The translations under genes and the position numbers were made by a program. From NCBI GenBank assembly GCA_041694885.1, contig JBGFRX010000016.1:86-64085 (forward strand): a DNA stretch of 64,000 bases, given 5' to 3'. Each line of letters begins with the position of its first letter. Within the stretch, counting starts at the first letter, position 1. This DNA is from Candidatus Micrarchaeota archaeon. GTDB lineage: Archaea; Micrarchaeota; Micrarchaeia; Anstonellales; Bilamarchaeaceae. Shown here one piece after another: positions 1 to 8,629 of this stretch. The notes below the pieces were generated by a model. It had not been told where the DNA came from. It searched no databases and saw nothing but the letters and a program-made list of their open reading frames with translations.

Positions 1-1092
1 GATTCGCTCCAATCCAACTAATATTTCCGGCTCGAAACCCAGCCGCGCGCCCATTTCAGCAAGAATCTCGTCAACCAGAATATGAGTTTCGTGTATTACT
101 GTATTACCTACCACGAAAACGGCAAACGAACCGGGCTTCAGAACCCGGTAACATTCTTCCAGCACTTTTTCCATATCAAAGAAGTACGCGCCTATTACTG
201 GGATTTTATTTCCTATTTCTCCTGCTTCAGGAGGCAAATCCTCCCCCATTACTGAGGCAGTTATGGAAGAGCGGAGGCATCTTTCCCTTGCCTTCTTCGT
301 CGTCTGCGGATCCATTTCCAGAAGCGAGAGTTCCAATCCGTACACTTTTGTATAATCAATTGCATTCAAGTAAGGCGGAGAGGTGATTATGGCGTCCATT
401 GTCCCGCTTTCTAGATCCATTTTTCTCGCATCGCCCAAAAAAATCTCCGGCTCAGCTCCTGTTATGGGACTTTCGCGCAAATCCCTCAGCATCTTCTTTA
501 CCTTCCTCTTGAACATCTCCTTCACAGGAGCAACTGATTTTTTCACCAATTTGAGCACTCCTCCGTCCTTCAGGACAAAGGAGCACATTGGAATGAGCGA
601 TATTAAGGCGAGAAGCAGGAAATTGCGCGCTTTTTCATTTTCCACTTCTGTTATTTTCTCCCTTATGTAAAGGATGTTGCGCAAATTCGCAGGCGGAAAC
701 GCCTTTTCGATTCTGAACAGTTCGAAATCCCATTTCAATTTCGGCAATTTCGGCCCGGTCTTTTTCTGGAAAATTCCCTTCATGAAGTTTTCAACTTCGA
801 GCAGTTCATCTTGTGAATAGTTCCGCGTCTTCACATTCGCCACGCAAACCGCCAGAGGGGAAGAATCGATTCCGCATGCATTCATCCCCCTGGATTTCGC
901 AACCAGTGCAGTCGTGCCGATTCCGCAAAAAGGGTCCAAAACCTTCCCTCTTATCTGAAATCCGTCCAAAATTTTTTCCACGAATTCCGGGGAATATGCC
1001 TCCTTGTAATGGAACCAGTTGTATATCGGTTTTTCTTTGCTCGGCTCGAACGTGAAATACGACCCTAAGTCAAAGCGGTTCGAAATTTTCAT
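1..1092 (-). CDS. SAM-dependent DNA methyltransferase (N6-adenine/N4-cytosine family), 5' part only; gene runs off window start
   Basis: Manual translation of minus strand from ATG at 1092 gives MKISNRFDLGSYFTFEPSKEKPIYNWFHYKE...VLDPFCGIGTTALVA (FxGxG motif I) and later ...DAIITSPPYLNAIDY (SPPY motif IV); no stop before position 1. Not in ORF track because no in-window stop. Confidence 0.55.
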   Translation of the reverse strand, partial: MKISNRFDLGSYFTFEPSKEKPIYNWFHYKEAYSPEFVEKILDGFQIRGKVLDPFCGIGTTALVAKSRGMNACGIDSSPLAVCVANVKTRNYSQDELLEVENFMKGIFQKKTGPKLPKLKWDFELFRIEKAFPPANLRNILYIREKITEVENEKARNFLLLALISLIPMCSFVLKDGGVLKLVKKSVAPVKEMFKRKVKKMLRDLRESPITGAEPEIFLGDARKMDLESGTMDAIITSPPYLNAIDYTKVYGLELSLLEMDPQTTKKARERCLRSSITASVMGEDLPPEAGEIGNKIPVIGAYFFDMEKVLEECYRVLKPGSFAVFVVGNTVIHETHILVDEILAEMGARLGFEPEILVGLERI

Positions 1093-2215
1093 ACTTCGTT
1101 ACGTTCTCCTTGGGTTTTTTGCCGCGTTTGTCCATCGCGTCGTCCACCCTTTCCTTGGCAAGTGCTTCTCCCGCCTCGCGCACGTCCATTCCGTCCATCC
1201 TCTCGAGCGCGAGCTGGGTATTCTTTACTATCTTGTTCTCCACGAGCGCGAACATCTCGTCCTCGTCGTATCCGCGCAGCTCCGCGTACGAGCTTATCAC
1301 TCCGCCCGCGTTCGCAATGAAGTCCGGTATCACTACGATTCCCTTTTTGCCCAGGTGCTGCTCCATTTCCGGAGTCATCGGGATGTTGGCTGCCTCCACC
1401 ACGAGCCGCGCCTTCACCTTATTCACGTTCGCTGCTGTGATTACGTTGGGCCTTGCGCCCGGGATGAGCACGTCGGCCTTGAGCTCGAACAGTGCTTTTG
1501 GAGGAAGTACCTTGCCTTCCTTGTACGCAGTCACCGTTCCTTTTTCCGTCTTTGTTTTTATCAATTTTTCGTAATCCAGCCCCTTTTCGCTGTGTATCGT
1601 TCCCCTGGAATCGGAAACCGCGACCACTTTCGCGCCTTTTTCAGTCAAGAATTTCATTGCGAAAGTTCCCACATTCCCGAAGCCCTCTATCGCAACGCTC
1701 GCCCCGTTGAGGTCGAATCTGCAGAACTTGCAGAACTGCGAAGCGACCTCAGTAGCTTTAGCGACTCCGAAGCCGGTGCTTCCCAATTCGTGCGGAAGCC
1801 CGCCCATCGAGAATGGCTTTCCAGTTGCAGCATCTCTTGTCCCTATTTCATCTGAAAATATGGCCATTTCCTTTTCCGTCATATTCATGTCCGGACCTGC
1901 GATGTACATTCCTGGAACATATTGCTTTATCGCCTTTGCGAATGCGCGAACGTATGCCTCCTTGTCCACCTTCCTTGGGTCGCCCTTTATCCCCGATTTC
2001 GCGCCTCCGAACGGAATGTCAGCCAATGCATTTTTCCAGGTCATCGCCCGCGCAAGGCCGCACACCTCCTGCGTGGATATGTCCGGAATGAACCTTATCC
2101 CTCCCTTTCCCAGCCCGCGCGCAAGGTTGTCCATTACCAGAATCCCCTGCATTCCGGTCTTCGCATCATACACCTCCACTATGTATTCCGGCCCGTACTT
2201 GTCTTTCGCGTACAT
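1070..2215 (-). CDS. gdhA: Glutamate dehydrogenase (Glu/Leu/Phe/Val dehydrogenase family)
   Basis: 381 aa; GLGKGGIRF and GGAKSGIKGDP motifs, NAD(P)-binding GFGNVG; full-length family match. Confidence 0.9.
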   Translation of the reverse strand: MYAKDKYGPEYIVEVYDAKTGMQGILVMDNLARGLGKGGIRFIPDISTQEVCGLARAMTWKNALADIPFGGAKSGIKGDPRKVDKEAYVRAFAKAIKQYVPGMYIAGPDMNMTEKEMAIFSDEIGTRDAATGKPFSMGGLPHELGSTGFGVAKATEVASQFCKFCRFDLNGASVAIEGFGNVGTFAMKFLTEKGAKVVAVSDSRGTIHSEKGLDYEKLIKTKTEKGTVTAYKEGKVLPPKALFELKADVLIPGARPNVITAANVNKVKARLVVEAANIPMTPEMEQHLGKKGIVVIPDFIANAGGVISSYAELRGYDEDEMFALVENKIVKNTQLALERMDGMDVREAGEALAKERVDDAMDKRGKKPKENVTKYENFEPL

Positions 2216-2383
2216 GTGTTCTCACCTATATTAGTAATTGTAATGGACAAAAACAAATATTGCGTTTTTAGGGGATTAGCTTTAAATACTAAGCGCTTCA
2301 TATCCAATGCGTAACCCGGCGAAAAACCGAAAGTACCATGTCCCTTTGGGCAAGAACTGTACTTTTTTTGAGGAGAAAAAGAA

Positions 2384-3079
2384 ATGAACAGCGATGCGAA
2401 CGCAAGCGCTGCAAAGTCCGAAAGCCAGGAAAGAAACAGGGTGAAACGAATGAAGAAAGTCGTGATACCTGGGGAGCAGATATCGGAAAAGCCGTTCCTC
2501 AGCGAATCCACGGTTGTGGAGAACAGCAAGACGTACGCTTCGGTAGTGGGCTTCATGGATGAGGAGAACAGGTTCGTGCCTGCGAAAAGCGTCTACAGGC
2601 CTCAGCCCGGGGACAGTGTGGTTGGAGTGGTGGTGTATATAAGGGGAAATGGGTACAAAGTCGATCTTAATCTTCCTTTCGAGGGTTTTCTTTCAGGAAA
2701 GGACACGCGAGTGCCGTTCGGTATGGGCGAGATTATGTACGGAAAAGTGAAGGACGCTGACGAAGTCGGAAACGTTGACCTCATAGACGTGAGGAAGCTC
2801 GCGCCGGGAAAAATAGTCGAGTTCCCTCCTGCTAAAATCCCGCGGCTCATCGGGAAGAAGAACAGCATGCTCATGGCGATAATGCAGGGTACTGGAAGCG
2901 AGATGTATGTGGGCAACAACGGCTACGTCTATCTTTCAGGGGGCAACATACCGCTCGCGCTCAGGGCAGTGGAACTCGTGCGCAGAAAGTCGCACATGAG
3001 CGGGCTCACTCAGGAAGTGATCGAATTCCTTGCGAAAAACAAAAAAAGCAAAACCAGTGAAGCGACGAAGAACGAGTAA
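2384..3079 (+). CDS. rrp4: Exosome complex RNA-binding subunit Rrp4 (S1 + KH domains)
   Basis: S1 fold region followed by KH motif IPRLIGKKNSMLMAI...VGNNGYVYL; first gene of canonical rrp4-rrp41-rrp42 operon; alternative start at 2451 possible. Confidence 0.85.
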   Translation: MNSDANASAAKSESQERNRVKRMKKVVIPGEQISEKPFLSESTVVENSKTYASVVGFMDEENRFVPAKSVYRPQPGDSVVGVVVYIRGNGYKVDLNLPFEGFLSGKDTRVPFGMGEIMYGKVKDADEVGNVDLIDVRKLAPGKIVEFPPAKIPRLIGKKNSMLMAIMQGTGSEMYVGNNGYVYLSGGNIPLALRAVELVRRKSHMSGLTQEVIEFLAKNKKSKTSEATKNE

Positions 3080-3098
3080 TGAAAACTGCGAGTGATTA

Positions 3099-3863
3099 TT
3101 GATGATTGCAGGTGAAAAAATGTCAGGAACTGAAAAACCGAAACTCATAGTAGATGGAAAGCGGTTGGATGGAAGAAGCCCTGATGACCTAAGGCCGATA
3201 AGGATAGAGACGGGAGTGCTGAACGAGGCAGATGGTTCTGCGTACGTGCAGTGGGGCGGGAACAAGATAGTCGCGGGAATTTTCGGGCCGCGCGAATGTA
3301 TACCGAAGCACGAGGCGAACCCATACAAGGCACTTGTGAAGTGCAGGTACACGATGTCGCCTTTCGCGAGCAAGGAGGAGCACGGAAGGAGCGGGCCGAA
3401 CCGGAGGAGCATAGAAATTTCCAAGGTGATAAGGGAGGTCTTCGAGAACTTGGTGGTTGCGGAACTTTATCCAATGACCCAGATCGATATATTCATAGAT
3501 GTTTTGCAGGCAGAAGGAGGAACCCGCGTGGGGGCGATAACCGCCGCTGCTGCAGCACTCGCAGACGCAGGAATTCCGATGAAGGATATGGTGTGCGGTG
3601 TTGCTGTAGGAAAAGCGGACGGAGAAATAGTTATTGACCTCGGAAAGGCAGAGGACAACTTCGGGGAAAGCGATGTTCCGATGGCCGTTTCGCACAGGAA
3701 CAAGGAGTTACTCCTTCTCCAGATGGATGGATTGCTCACTAAAGAAGAGCTCGCGAGCGCGATAGACAAGGCGATAAATGCGAGCGATAAAATACACCAG
3801 CTACAGGTTGACGCGATAGTGAAGAAATACGAGTACCCCGAATCCGAGGGCCTCAAGCTTTAG
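3099..3863 (+). CDS. rrp41: Exosome complex exonuclease Rrp41 (RNase PH-like)
   Basis: 254 aa, RNase PH fold signature, conserved operon position. Confidence 0.9.
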   Translation: MMIAGEKMSGTEKPKLIVDGKRLDGRSPDDLRPIRIETGVLNEADGSAYVQWGGNKIVAGIFGPRECIPKHEANPYKALVKCRYTMSPFASKEEHGRSGPNRRSIEISKVIREVFENLVVAELYPMTQIDIFIDVLQAEGGTRVGAITAAAAALADAGIPMKDMVCGVAVGKADGEIVIDLGKAEDNFGESDVPMAVSHRNKELLLLQMDGLLTKEELASAIDKAINASDKIHQLQVDAIVKKYEYPESEGLKL

Positions 3864-3872
3864 CGGTGATTG

Positions 3873-4016
3873 ACAACCAGCAAAAAACATTGGTGATTGA
3901 AATGGCTGAAAAATGCATCGCGTATGCGCTCACATTTTTCAGATCCAGCCGACATGGGGATGTCGGCTGTCTTTCAATCACAACCAGCAAAAAACATTGG
4001 TGATTGAAATGGCTGA
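3873..4016 (+). repeat. Two perfect 38-bp direct repeats (3873-3910 and 3979-4016), each carrying an SD-like GGTGATTGA and ATGGCTGAA; the 68-bp spacer contains a 10-bp-stem hairpin (cagccgacat gggg atgtcggctg, 3946-3969)
   Basis: Seen directly in sequence; first copy opens a 33-codon uORF (MAEKCIAYALTFFRSSRHGDVGCLSITTSKKHW), second copy is the rrp42 start. Confidence 0.8.
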
Positions 4017-4812
4017 ATCGGCAAAGGACATTGTGATGCACGAAGTGAAGAGGAGCATGCTCCTCGACCTGCTCGCAAAAGGGCAGCGTTTGGATGAGAG
4101 GGCATTCGACGAGTACAGGCCTGTGAGCGTGCAGAAAGGAGTGATAGACACTGCAGAGGGCTCAGCACACGCGAAAATAGGCAAAACCCAGATATTGGTA
4201 GGTGCCAAAATGGCTGTTGCAAACCCTTTCCCGGACAGACCAAAGGAAGGGGTGTTCAGCGTGAACTGCGAATTCCTTCCGCTCGCGAGTTCCAGCTTCG
4301 AGCCTGGGCCTCCGGACGAGGATTCGATAGAGCTCGCAAGAGTCACTGACAGGGGGATAAGGAGCGCGGAAGTTGAGAGGGAAGAGGGGATAATCTCGAA
4401 CTTTTTCCTTGAAGAGGGGAAGGTGCTCGCGCTTTACTTGGACATATACGTGCTCGACCATTCCGGGAATATGACCGACACCGCATCGCTCGCTGCAGTT
4501 GGAGCGCTCGTTGACATGAAGATACCTAAATACGAGAACGGCGCGCTCATAAGGGACGAATATGCCGGGAAGCTTGAGTTGAAACACTTCCCAATAGCGA
4601 CGACTTTCGCGAAAATAGGCGAATATCTTCTTTGCGACCCAACGCGCGAGGAGATGCTCGCAGCGGACACGAAAATAACCATAGCAACAACGCAGAACGG
4701 CCAGATCGCGGCGATGCAGAAGGGCAAGGGCGCGCTCACGAAGGACGAGGTGCTCGGGGCAGTGGACATCGCATTTAAAAAGGGCTCAGAACTAAGGAAA
4801 TATGTTTTGTAA
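4009..4812 (+). CDS. rrp42: Exosome complex subunit Rrp42 (RNase PH-like, inactive)
   Basis: RNase PH-like fold, third gene of exosome operon; ORF track start at 3913 is in frame but most likely a spurious N-terminal extension; probable start MAESAKDIVMHEV at 4009. Confidence 0.85.
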   Translation: MAESAKDIVMHEVKRSMLLDLLAKGQRLDERAFDEYRPVSVQKGVIDTAEGSAHAKIGKTQILVGAKMAVANPFPDRPKEGVFSVNCEFLPLASSSFEPGPPDEDSIELARVTDRGIRSAEVEREEGIISNFFLEEGKVLALYLDIYVLDHSGNMTDTASLAAVGALVDMKIPKYENGALIRDEYAGKLELKHFPIATTFAKIGEYLLCDPTREEMLAADTKITIATTQNGQIAAMQKGKGALTKDEVLGAVDIAFKKGSELRKYVL

Positions 4813-4823
4813 GGTGAATATGC

Positions 4824-5057
4824 ATGAGGACCCCAAAATTCGGCGCAAGCATAAGAAAGCAGTACGATGGAGCTGAAAGAGCGAAAAGAGAGAAATACGC
4901 TTGCCCGAAATGTGGCAAGAAACGCGTGAAGCGGCTCGGGAACGCGCTGTGGAAGTGCAAGTCATGCGGAGCCAAAATCGCAGGAGGAGCTTACGCGCTC
5001 ACTACTGGAGTAGGGGAAGTAGCGAACCGCATGATCAGGGAATATTCCAAATCATAG
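4824..5057 (+). CDS. rpl37ae: Ribosomal protein L37ae (eL43), zinc ribbon
   Basis: 77 aa, CPKCGKK...CKSCGAK zinc ribbon, canonical position after rrp42. Confidence 0.9.
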   Translation: MRTPKFGASIRKQYDGAERAKREKYACPKCGKKRVKRLGNALWKCKSCGAKIAGGAYALTTGVGEVANRMIREYSKS

Positions 5058-5070
5058 GGGGGTGGTTCCG

Positions 5071-5207
5071 ATGGGGCAGTTCAAGGTATGGAAAACAGGA
5101 GAAACGGTCGAAGTTACTGATGAGAAGAATTTCCACTTCCCGGAAAGCGGGGAGAAGATACTCGCGAAGACAAGGCAACCGATAGCGAAAACAGTGGACA
5201 CGGATTA
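5071..5207 (+). CDS. Small hypothetical protein (45 aa) in the slot normally occupied by RpoP; has no cysteines
   Basis: MGQFKVWKTGETVEVTDEKNFHFPESGEKILAKTRQPIAKTVDTD; tight spacing in operon; not an RpoP zinc ribbon. Confidence 0.3.
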
Positions 5208-5208
5208 G

Positions 5209-5706
5209 TTGTTTAAGATGATTGTGAGCACAAGCCGCTACGCAAGCTGCAAAACAAAGGCACTTGCAAAGGCATTTGCAAATGTCCTGGGCTCCCAATA
5301 TTGTGCGCGGGGCAAAAAGACGGTTGAAAGGCTCGCCTCCCTTGCCGGGAAAAAAGGGGAAAGCACGCTCGCGCTCGTTTCGCCTGATGAAATTTCCTTC
5401 ATTTCCATTTCCCACTTCGGCTGGAAATGGAAGGGCAAGGCGCTCAAAATTTCAAAATATGAAATTGGAGAGGCGGAAGAAGAGGAAATAGGCGCAGTTG
5501 AAGGGAAGGACGCTGAAATTTTTCAAACCCTTTTCGGCTTGGATATGTTTTACGCAGGCGATGCGGTTCTTTGCGCTGAAAAGGGGAAAATGGAGGTAGT
5601 GGATGAGGAAGGCAAGCGCGTGCTTGAAATCGAATATGAAATCATTGAGGATGGAACCGGGAATGAAGGAAGCAGGGCTGGAAATGAGATGGATAAAGAA
5701 AAATGA
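5209..5706 (+). CDS. Brix-domain ribosome biogenesis protein (Imp4-like)
   Basis: MIVSTSRYASCKTKALAKAF... N-terminus typical of archaeal Brix proteins; conserved exosome-superoperon member. Confidence 0.7.
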   Translation: MFKMIVSTSRYASCKTKALAKAFANVLGSQYCARGKKTVERLASLAGKKGESTLALVSPDEISFISISHFGWKWKGKALKISKYEIGEAEEEEIGAVEGKDAEIFQTLFGLDMFYAGDAVLCAEKGKMEVVDEEGKRVLEIEYEIIEDGTGNEGSRAGNEMDKEK

Positions 5707-5725
5707 GGATGAGGCGGTAAGGAAG

Positions 5726-5962
5726 ATGAAAAACAGTGCTGAAATTATTCTTGAAGTTCCGCAGGCGGAAGCAGGCAATATAATCGCTGCGCTGAAAAAG
5801 GAAAGCGCTGCGAACGGGCGATTTGAAGCCCGGATAGCGATGCGTGGAAAAAAACTCGGAATAATAATCGAGGCAGAGGACATCGTAGCGCTGAGATCAG
5901 TGCTGAACAGTTATTTAAGGTATCTGCAGACAATAGAAGGTCTTAAGGAAAACGATTTGTAA
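5726..5962 (+). CDS. pcc1: KEOPS complex subunit Pcc1
   Basis: 78 aa from internal ATG; AEIILEVPQAEAGNIIAALKKE...IIIEAEDIVALRSVLNSYLRYL matches archaeal Pcc1 pattern; ORF track start 5603 overlaps Brix. Confidence 0.7.
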   Translation: MKNSAEIILEVPQAEAGNIIAALKKESAANGRFEARIAMRGKKLGIIIEAEDIVALRSVLNSYLRYLQTIEGLKENDL

Positions 5963-5971
5963 GGTGGGAAT

Positions 5972-6322
5972 ATGGCTGAACAGGTAAACCCTGAACTCGA
6001 ACGGGACTTGATGGAATACCAGAACGCCGAAAGGCAACTCCAAGCAGTGCTTCTTCAGAAGCATCAACTGCAGCTCCAGCTGAACGAGATAACGCTTGCA
6101 GTGGAAGAGCTCGCTAAGGCGAAGGGGGACATTTACAAGGCAACGGGAAGCATAATGGTCAGGAGCACCAGGGAGGAGGCGGAAAAGGACCTCAAGGAGA
6201 AGAAGGACCTTTTCGACATACGCGTGAAGGCACTCTCCCAGCAGGAGGAGAAGATGAAGAACGTGCTCATGCGGCTTCAGAAGAAGATAGAGGAGCAGGC
6301 AAAGGGCTACGGCGTCTCCTGA
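5972..6322 (+). CDS. pfdB: Prefoldin beta subunit
   Basis: 116 aa coiled-coil with beta-hairpin region, superoperon position. Confidence 0.8.
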   Translation: MAEQVNPELERDLMEYQNAERQLQAVLLQKHQLQLQLNEITLAVEELAKAKGDIYKATGSIMVRSTREEAEKDLKEKKDLFDIRVKALSQQEEKMKNVLMRLQKKIEEQAKGYGVS

Positions 6323-7323
6323 TGCGATTGTTGTTTCGGATTTACGGTTTTCTGTTTTGGGGTTCTAAGATGGGCTCTTCGGATTTTTCCTCTTTTCTTT
6401 CAAAATACAGGAATAGCCAGCTTGCGATAGGGGTGCACAGGAACGCGGATTTGGATGCTTTGTGCTCTGCTTATGCGCTCAGCACTGTTTTTTCCAATTC
6501 TCAAATAGTTGCTCCGGATGAAATGAACGTTCCTGCGAAGAATTTTGCCAGGGATTTTGGAATTACTGTAAAGGAGTTCAAAAAAGTCAGAAGAGAGGAG
6601 TTCGAAGGGCTTATTGTAGTGGACAGCGGAAGCTTCGTGATGATTGAAGAGGCGAGGAAATGGAAAATCATCCTGCTTATAGACCATCATCAGAAAGCAC
6701 CTGATGATGAAAGAATAACTGCGGAAATTGAGGTTTGGGATGGAAATTCCCCTTCCGCTTGCCAGATAGTATCATCCCTGCTTCCTGAAATGGATGGAAA
6801 GGTGGCATTTGCGCTCGCTGTCGGAATCGTCTCTGATACTGCCCGCTTCAGGAGCGGGAATATGCAGAGTTTTGGCGAACTTGCACGGCTGATGAAAATC
6901 TGTGGCAAGAGCTACACGGACATCCTGAATTACGCTGAACCGGAAAGGGAGGTGGATGAAAAGGTTGCAATACTTTCTGCGATGGCAAAGGCGAATGTAA
7001 TCACATACAGGAATTTCGTAATCGCAACAACCGTTGTTCCCAAGAACGAGGGCGACGCGTCCTCTGCGCTTACAGAATATGCCGACGTGGCTTTTTCCGC
7101 GAGCTGGAGGGATGAGGAGAAGGAAACGAGGGTTTCTGCAAGGGCGAGGAAGAGTATTCCATTCGCATTGAACGAACTGATGAGGGAAATAGGCGCGCAG
7201 TTCGCGGCAACAGGAGGAGGACACGCGAGAGCAGCAGGAGCGAATGCGAAAGCCCGCCCGGAAGAAGTGCTCAGGTTCTGCGTGGAGGCGGCGAAGGATG
7301 CTATTGATGTATCGTTCATTTGA
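6322..7323 (+). CDS. DHH/DHHA1 family phosphoesterase (NrnA-like)
   Basis: DHH motif LIDHHQ, DHHA1 motif GGGHARAAG; likely start at 6370. Confidence 0.75.
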   Translation: MRLLFRIYGFLFWGSKMGSSDFSSFLSKYRNSQLAIGVHRNADLDALCSAYALSTVFSNSQIVAPDEMNVPAKNFARDFGITVKEFKKVRREEFEGLIVVDSGSFVMIEEARKWKIILLIDHHQKAPDDERITAEIEVWDGNSPSACQIVSSLLPEMDGKVAFALAVGIVSDTARFRSGNMQSFGELARLMKICGKSYTDILNYAEPEREVDEKVAILSAMAKANVITYRNFVIATTVVPKNEGDASSALTEYADVAFSASWRDEEKETRVSARARKSIPFALNELMREIGAQFAATGGGHARAAGANAKARPEEVLRFCVEAAKDAIDVSFI

Positions 7324-7449
7324 ATGAAGATGCGCATTTTATAATGAACATAGAGAAGAACCATGGTAAACTTGGAAAGTAATTCGGCGAGGTATAAACG
7401 AAACTGCAGTTAGGAAGCAGGAAATCACGAACATTGGAAAGGAGAGATT

Positions 7450-8436
7450 ATGAAAACCATCATTGTTGGAGGACAATACGGGGACGAAGGAAAAGGAAAG
7501 ATATTGAGCCATCTCGCATTGGAGGATAACCCGCAAATAATTGCAAGGGGCGGAGTGGGTCCTAACGCAGGGCACAAAATCCAGTGGAAAGGCACGACTT
7601 ACGGCTTGCGGCTTGTTCCGTGCGGGTTCGTGAACGATAAGGCGCGGTTGCTTATAGGAGCAGGAGTCCTTGTGAATCCTGAGATCTTTCTGAAGGAGGT
7701 CGAATTGACGAAAAGCGCGAAAAGGGCAGGAATTGATTTTCGCGCAACTGCGATATTGCCCAAACATATTGAACTGGACAGAAGCGAGAATTCCAGGAAA
7801 ATTGGCACGACCGGAACTGGGTGCGGACCTGCGATGACTGACAGGGTGGGTAGGACTGCGAAAACAGTTGCCGAAATTCCTGAATTAAAGCCCTATCTTA
7901 CTGACGTAGTGAAGGAGGTGAACGAAGCGAAAAACGTTCTTGTGGAAGGAACGCAGGGCTTCATGCTTTCCCTTCTCTACGGCACTTACCCTTTTGTGAC
8001 GAGCAAGGACACGTCCGCATCTACAATGGCCGCGGATGTTGGATTGGGACCTACGCAGATAGACGAAGTGATGATGGTGGTAAAGGCATACACCACGCGG
8101 GTGGGCAACGGGCCTTTCTCTTCTGAAATTTCCGTGGACGAGGCGGTGAAAGCCGGATTCCAGGAATACGGCACGGTTACGGGAAGGCCGAGGAGGACGA
8201 GCAGAGATTTGCATTTCGACGAGTTGCGGCTCGCTGCACGGGTGAACAGCGCGACCCAGATTGCGATTACGAAAATAGATGTGAGATTTCCGGGAAATGC
8301 AGGGGCGAAGAAGTTCGAAGCCCTTACCCAAAAGGCAAAGGACTTCATAAAAAACGTGGAAAAGGAGCTCAGGACTCCAGTTACGCTCATAGGAACTGGA
8401 CCGGACGCAGAGGACGTAATTGACCTGCGGCACTAA
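7450..8436 (+). CDS. purA: Adenylosuccinate synthetase (short archaeal form)
   Basis: GDEGKGK P-loop, TTGTGCGPA, TRVGNGPF. Confidence 0.9.
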   Translation: MKTIIVGGQYGDEGKGKILSHLALEDNPQIIARGGVGPNAGHKIQWKGTTYGLRLVPCGFVNDKARLLIGAGVLVNPEIFLKEVELTKSAKRAGIDFRATAILPKHIELDRSENSRKIGTTGTGCGPAMTDRVGRTAKTVAEIPELKPYLTDVVKEVNEAKNVLVEGTQGFMLSLLYGTYPFVTSKDTSASTMAADVGLGPTQIDEVMMVVKAYTTRVGNGPFSSEISVDEAVKAGFQEYGTVTGRPRRTSRDLHFDELRLAARVNSATQIAITKIDVRFPGNAGAKKFEALTQKAKDFIKNVEKELRTPVTLIGTGPDAEDVIDLRH

Positions 8437-8471
8437 AGCGTTTTTATTCCTTATTTATCCTTATTTTACTT

Positions 8472-8600
8472 GCAGGGATGGCAGAACCTGGTATCGCGCC
8501 AGACTTGAAGTTCCGTGTTTGGAGTTTTTCGAAACTGGAAACAGGAAACGGATATCTGGTGCCCTTCCTGGGCTTAGGAGTTCAAATCTCCTTCCCTGCG
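8472..8600 (+). tRNA. tRNA-Ser(UGA), class II with long variable arm and a ~44-nt intron 3' of the anticodon
   Basis: Acceptor GCAGGGA/TCCCTGC+G, T-arm AGGAG TTCAAAT CTCCT, variable hairpin GCCC ttcct GGGC, anticodon stem CCAGA/TCTGG split by intron 8510-8553, loop CTTGAA gives anticodon TGA; D-stem has one mismatch, so fold is not fully verified. Confidence 0.55.
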
Positions 8601-8629
8601 AAAATCACACTTAAAAATATTAGTATGGT

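Noticed and set aside
1019-2234. Several plus-strand ORFs (278, 175, 154 aa) overlapping gdh
   Set aside because: Antisense shadows of the strongly supported glutamate dehydrogenase gene
3913-4008. N-terminal 32-codon extension of rrp42 proposed by the ORF track
   Set aside because: Begins inside the duplicated leader element; the canonical Rrp42 start MAESAKDIV with its own SD lies at 4009; extension not conserved-looking
5071-5207. RpoP (RNA polymerase subunit P) expected at this operon position
   Set aside because: No cysteine codons in any frame, so cannot be the zinc-ribbon RpoP; kept only as hypothetical small ORF
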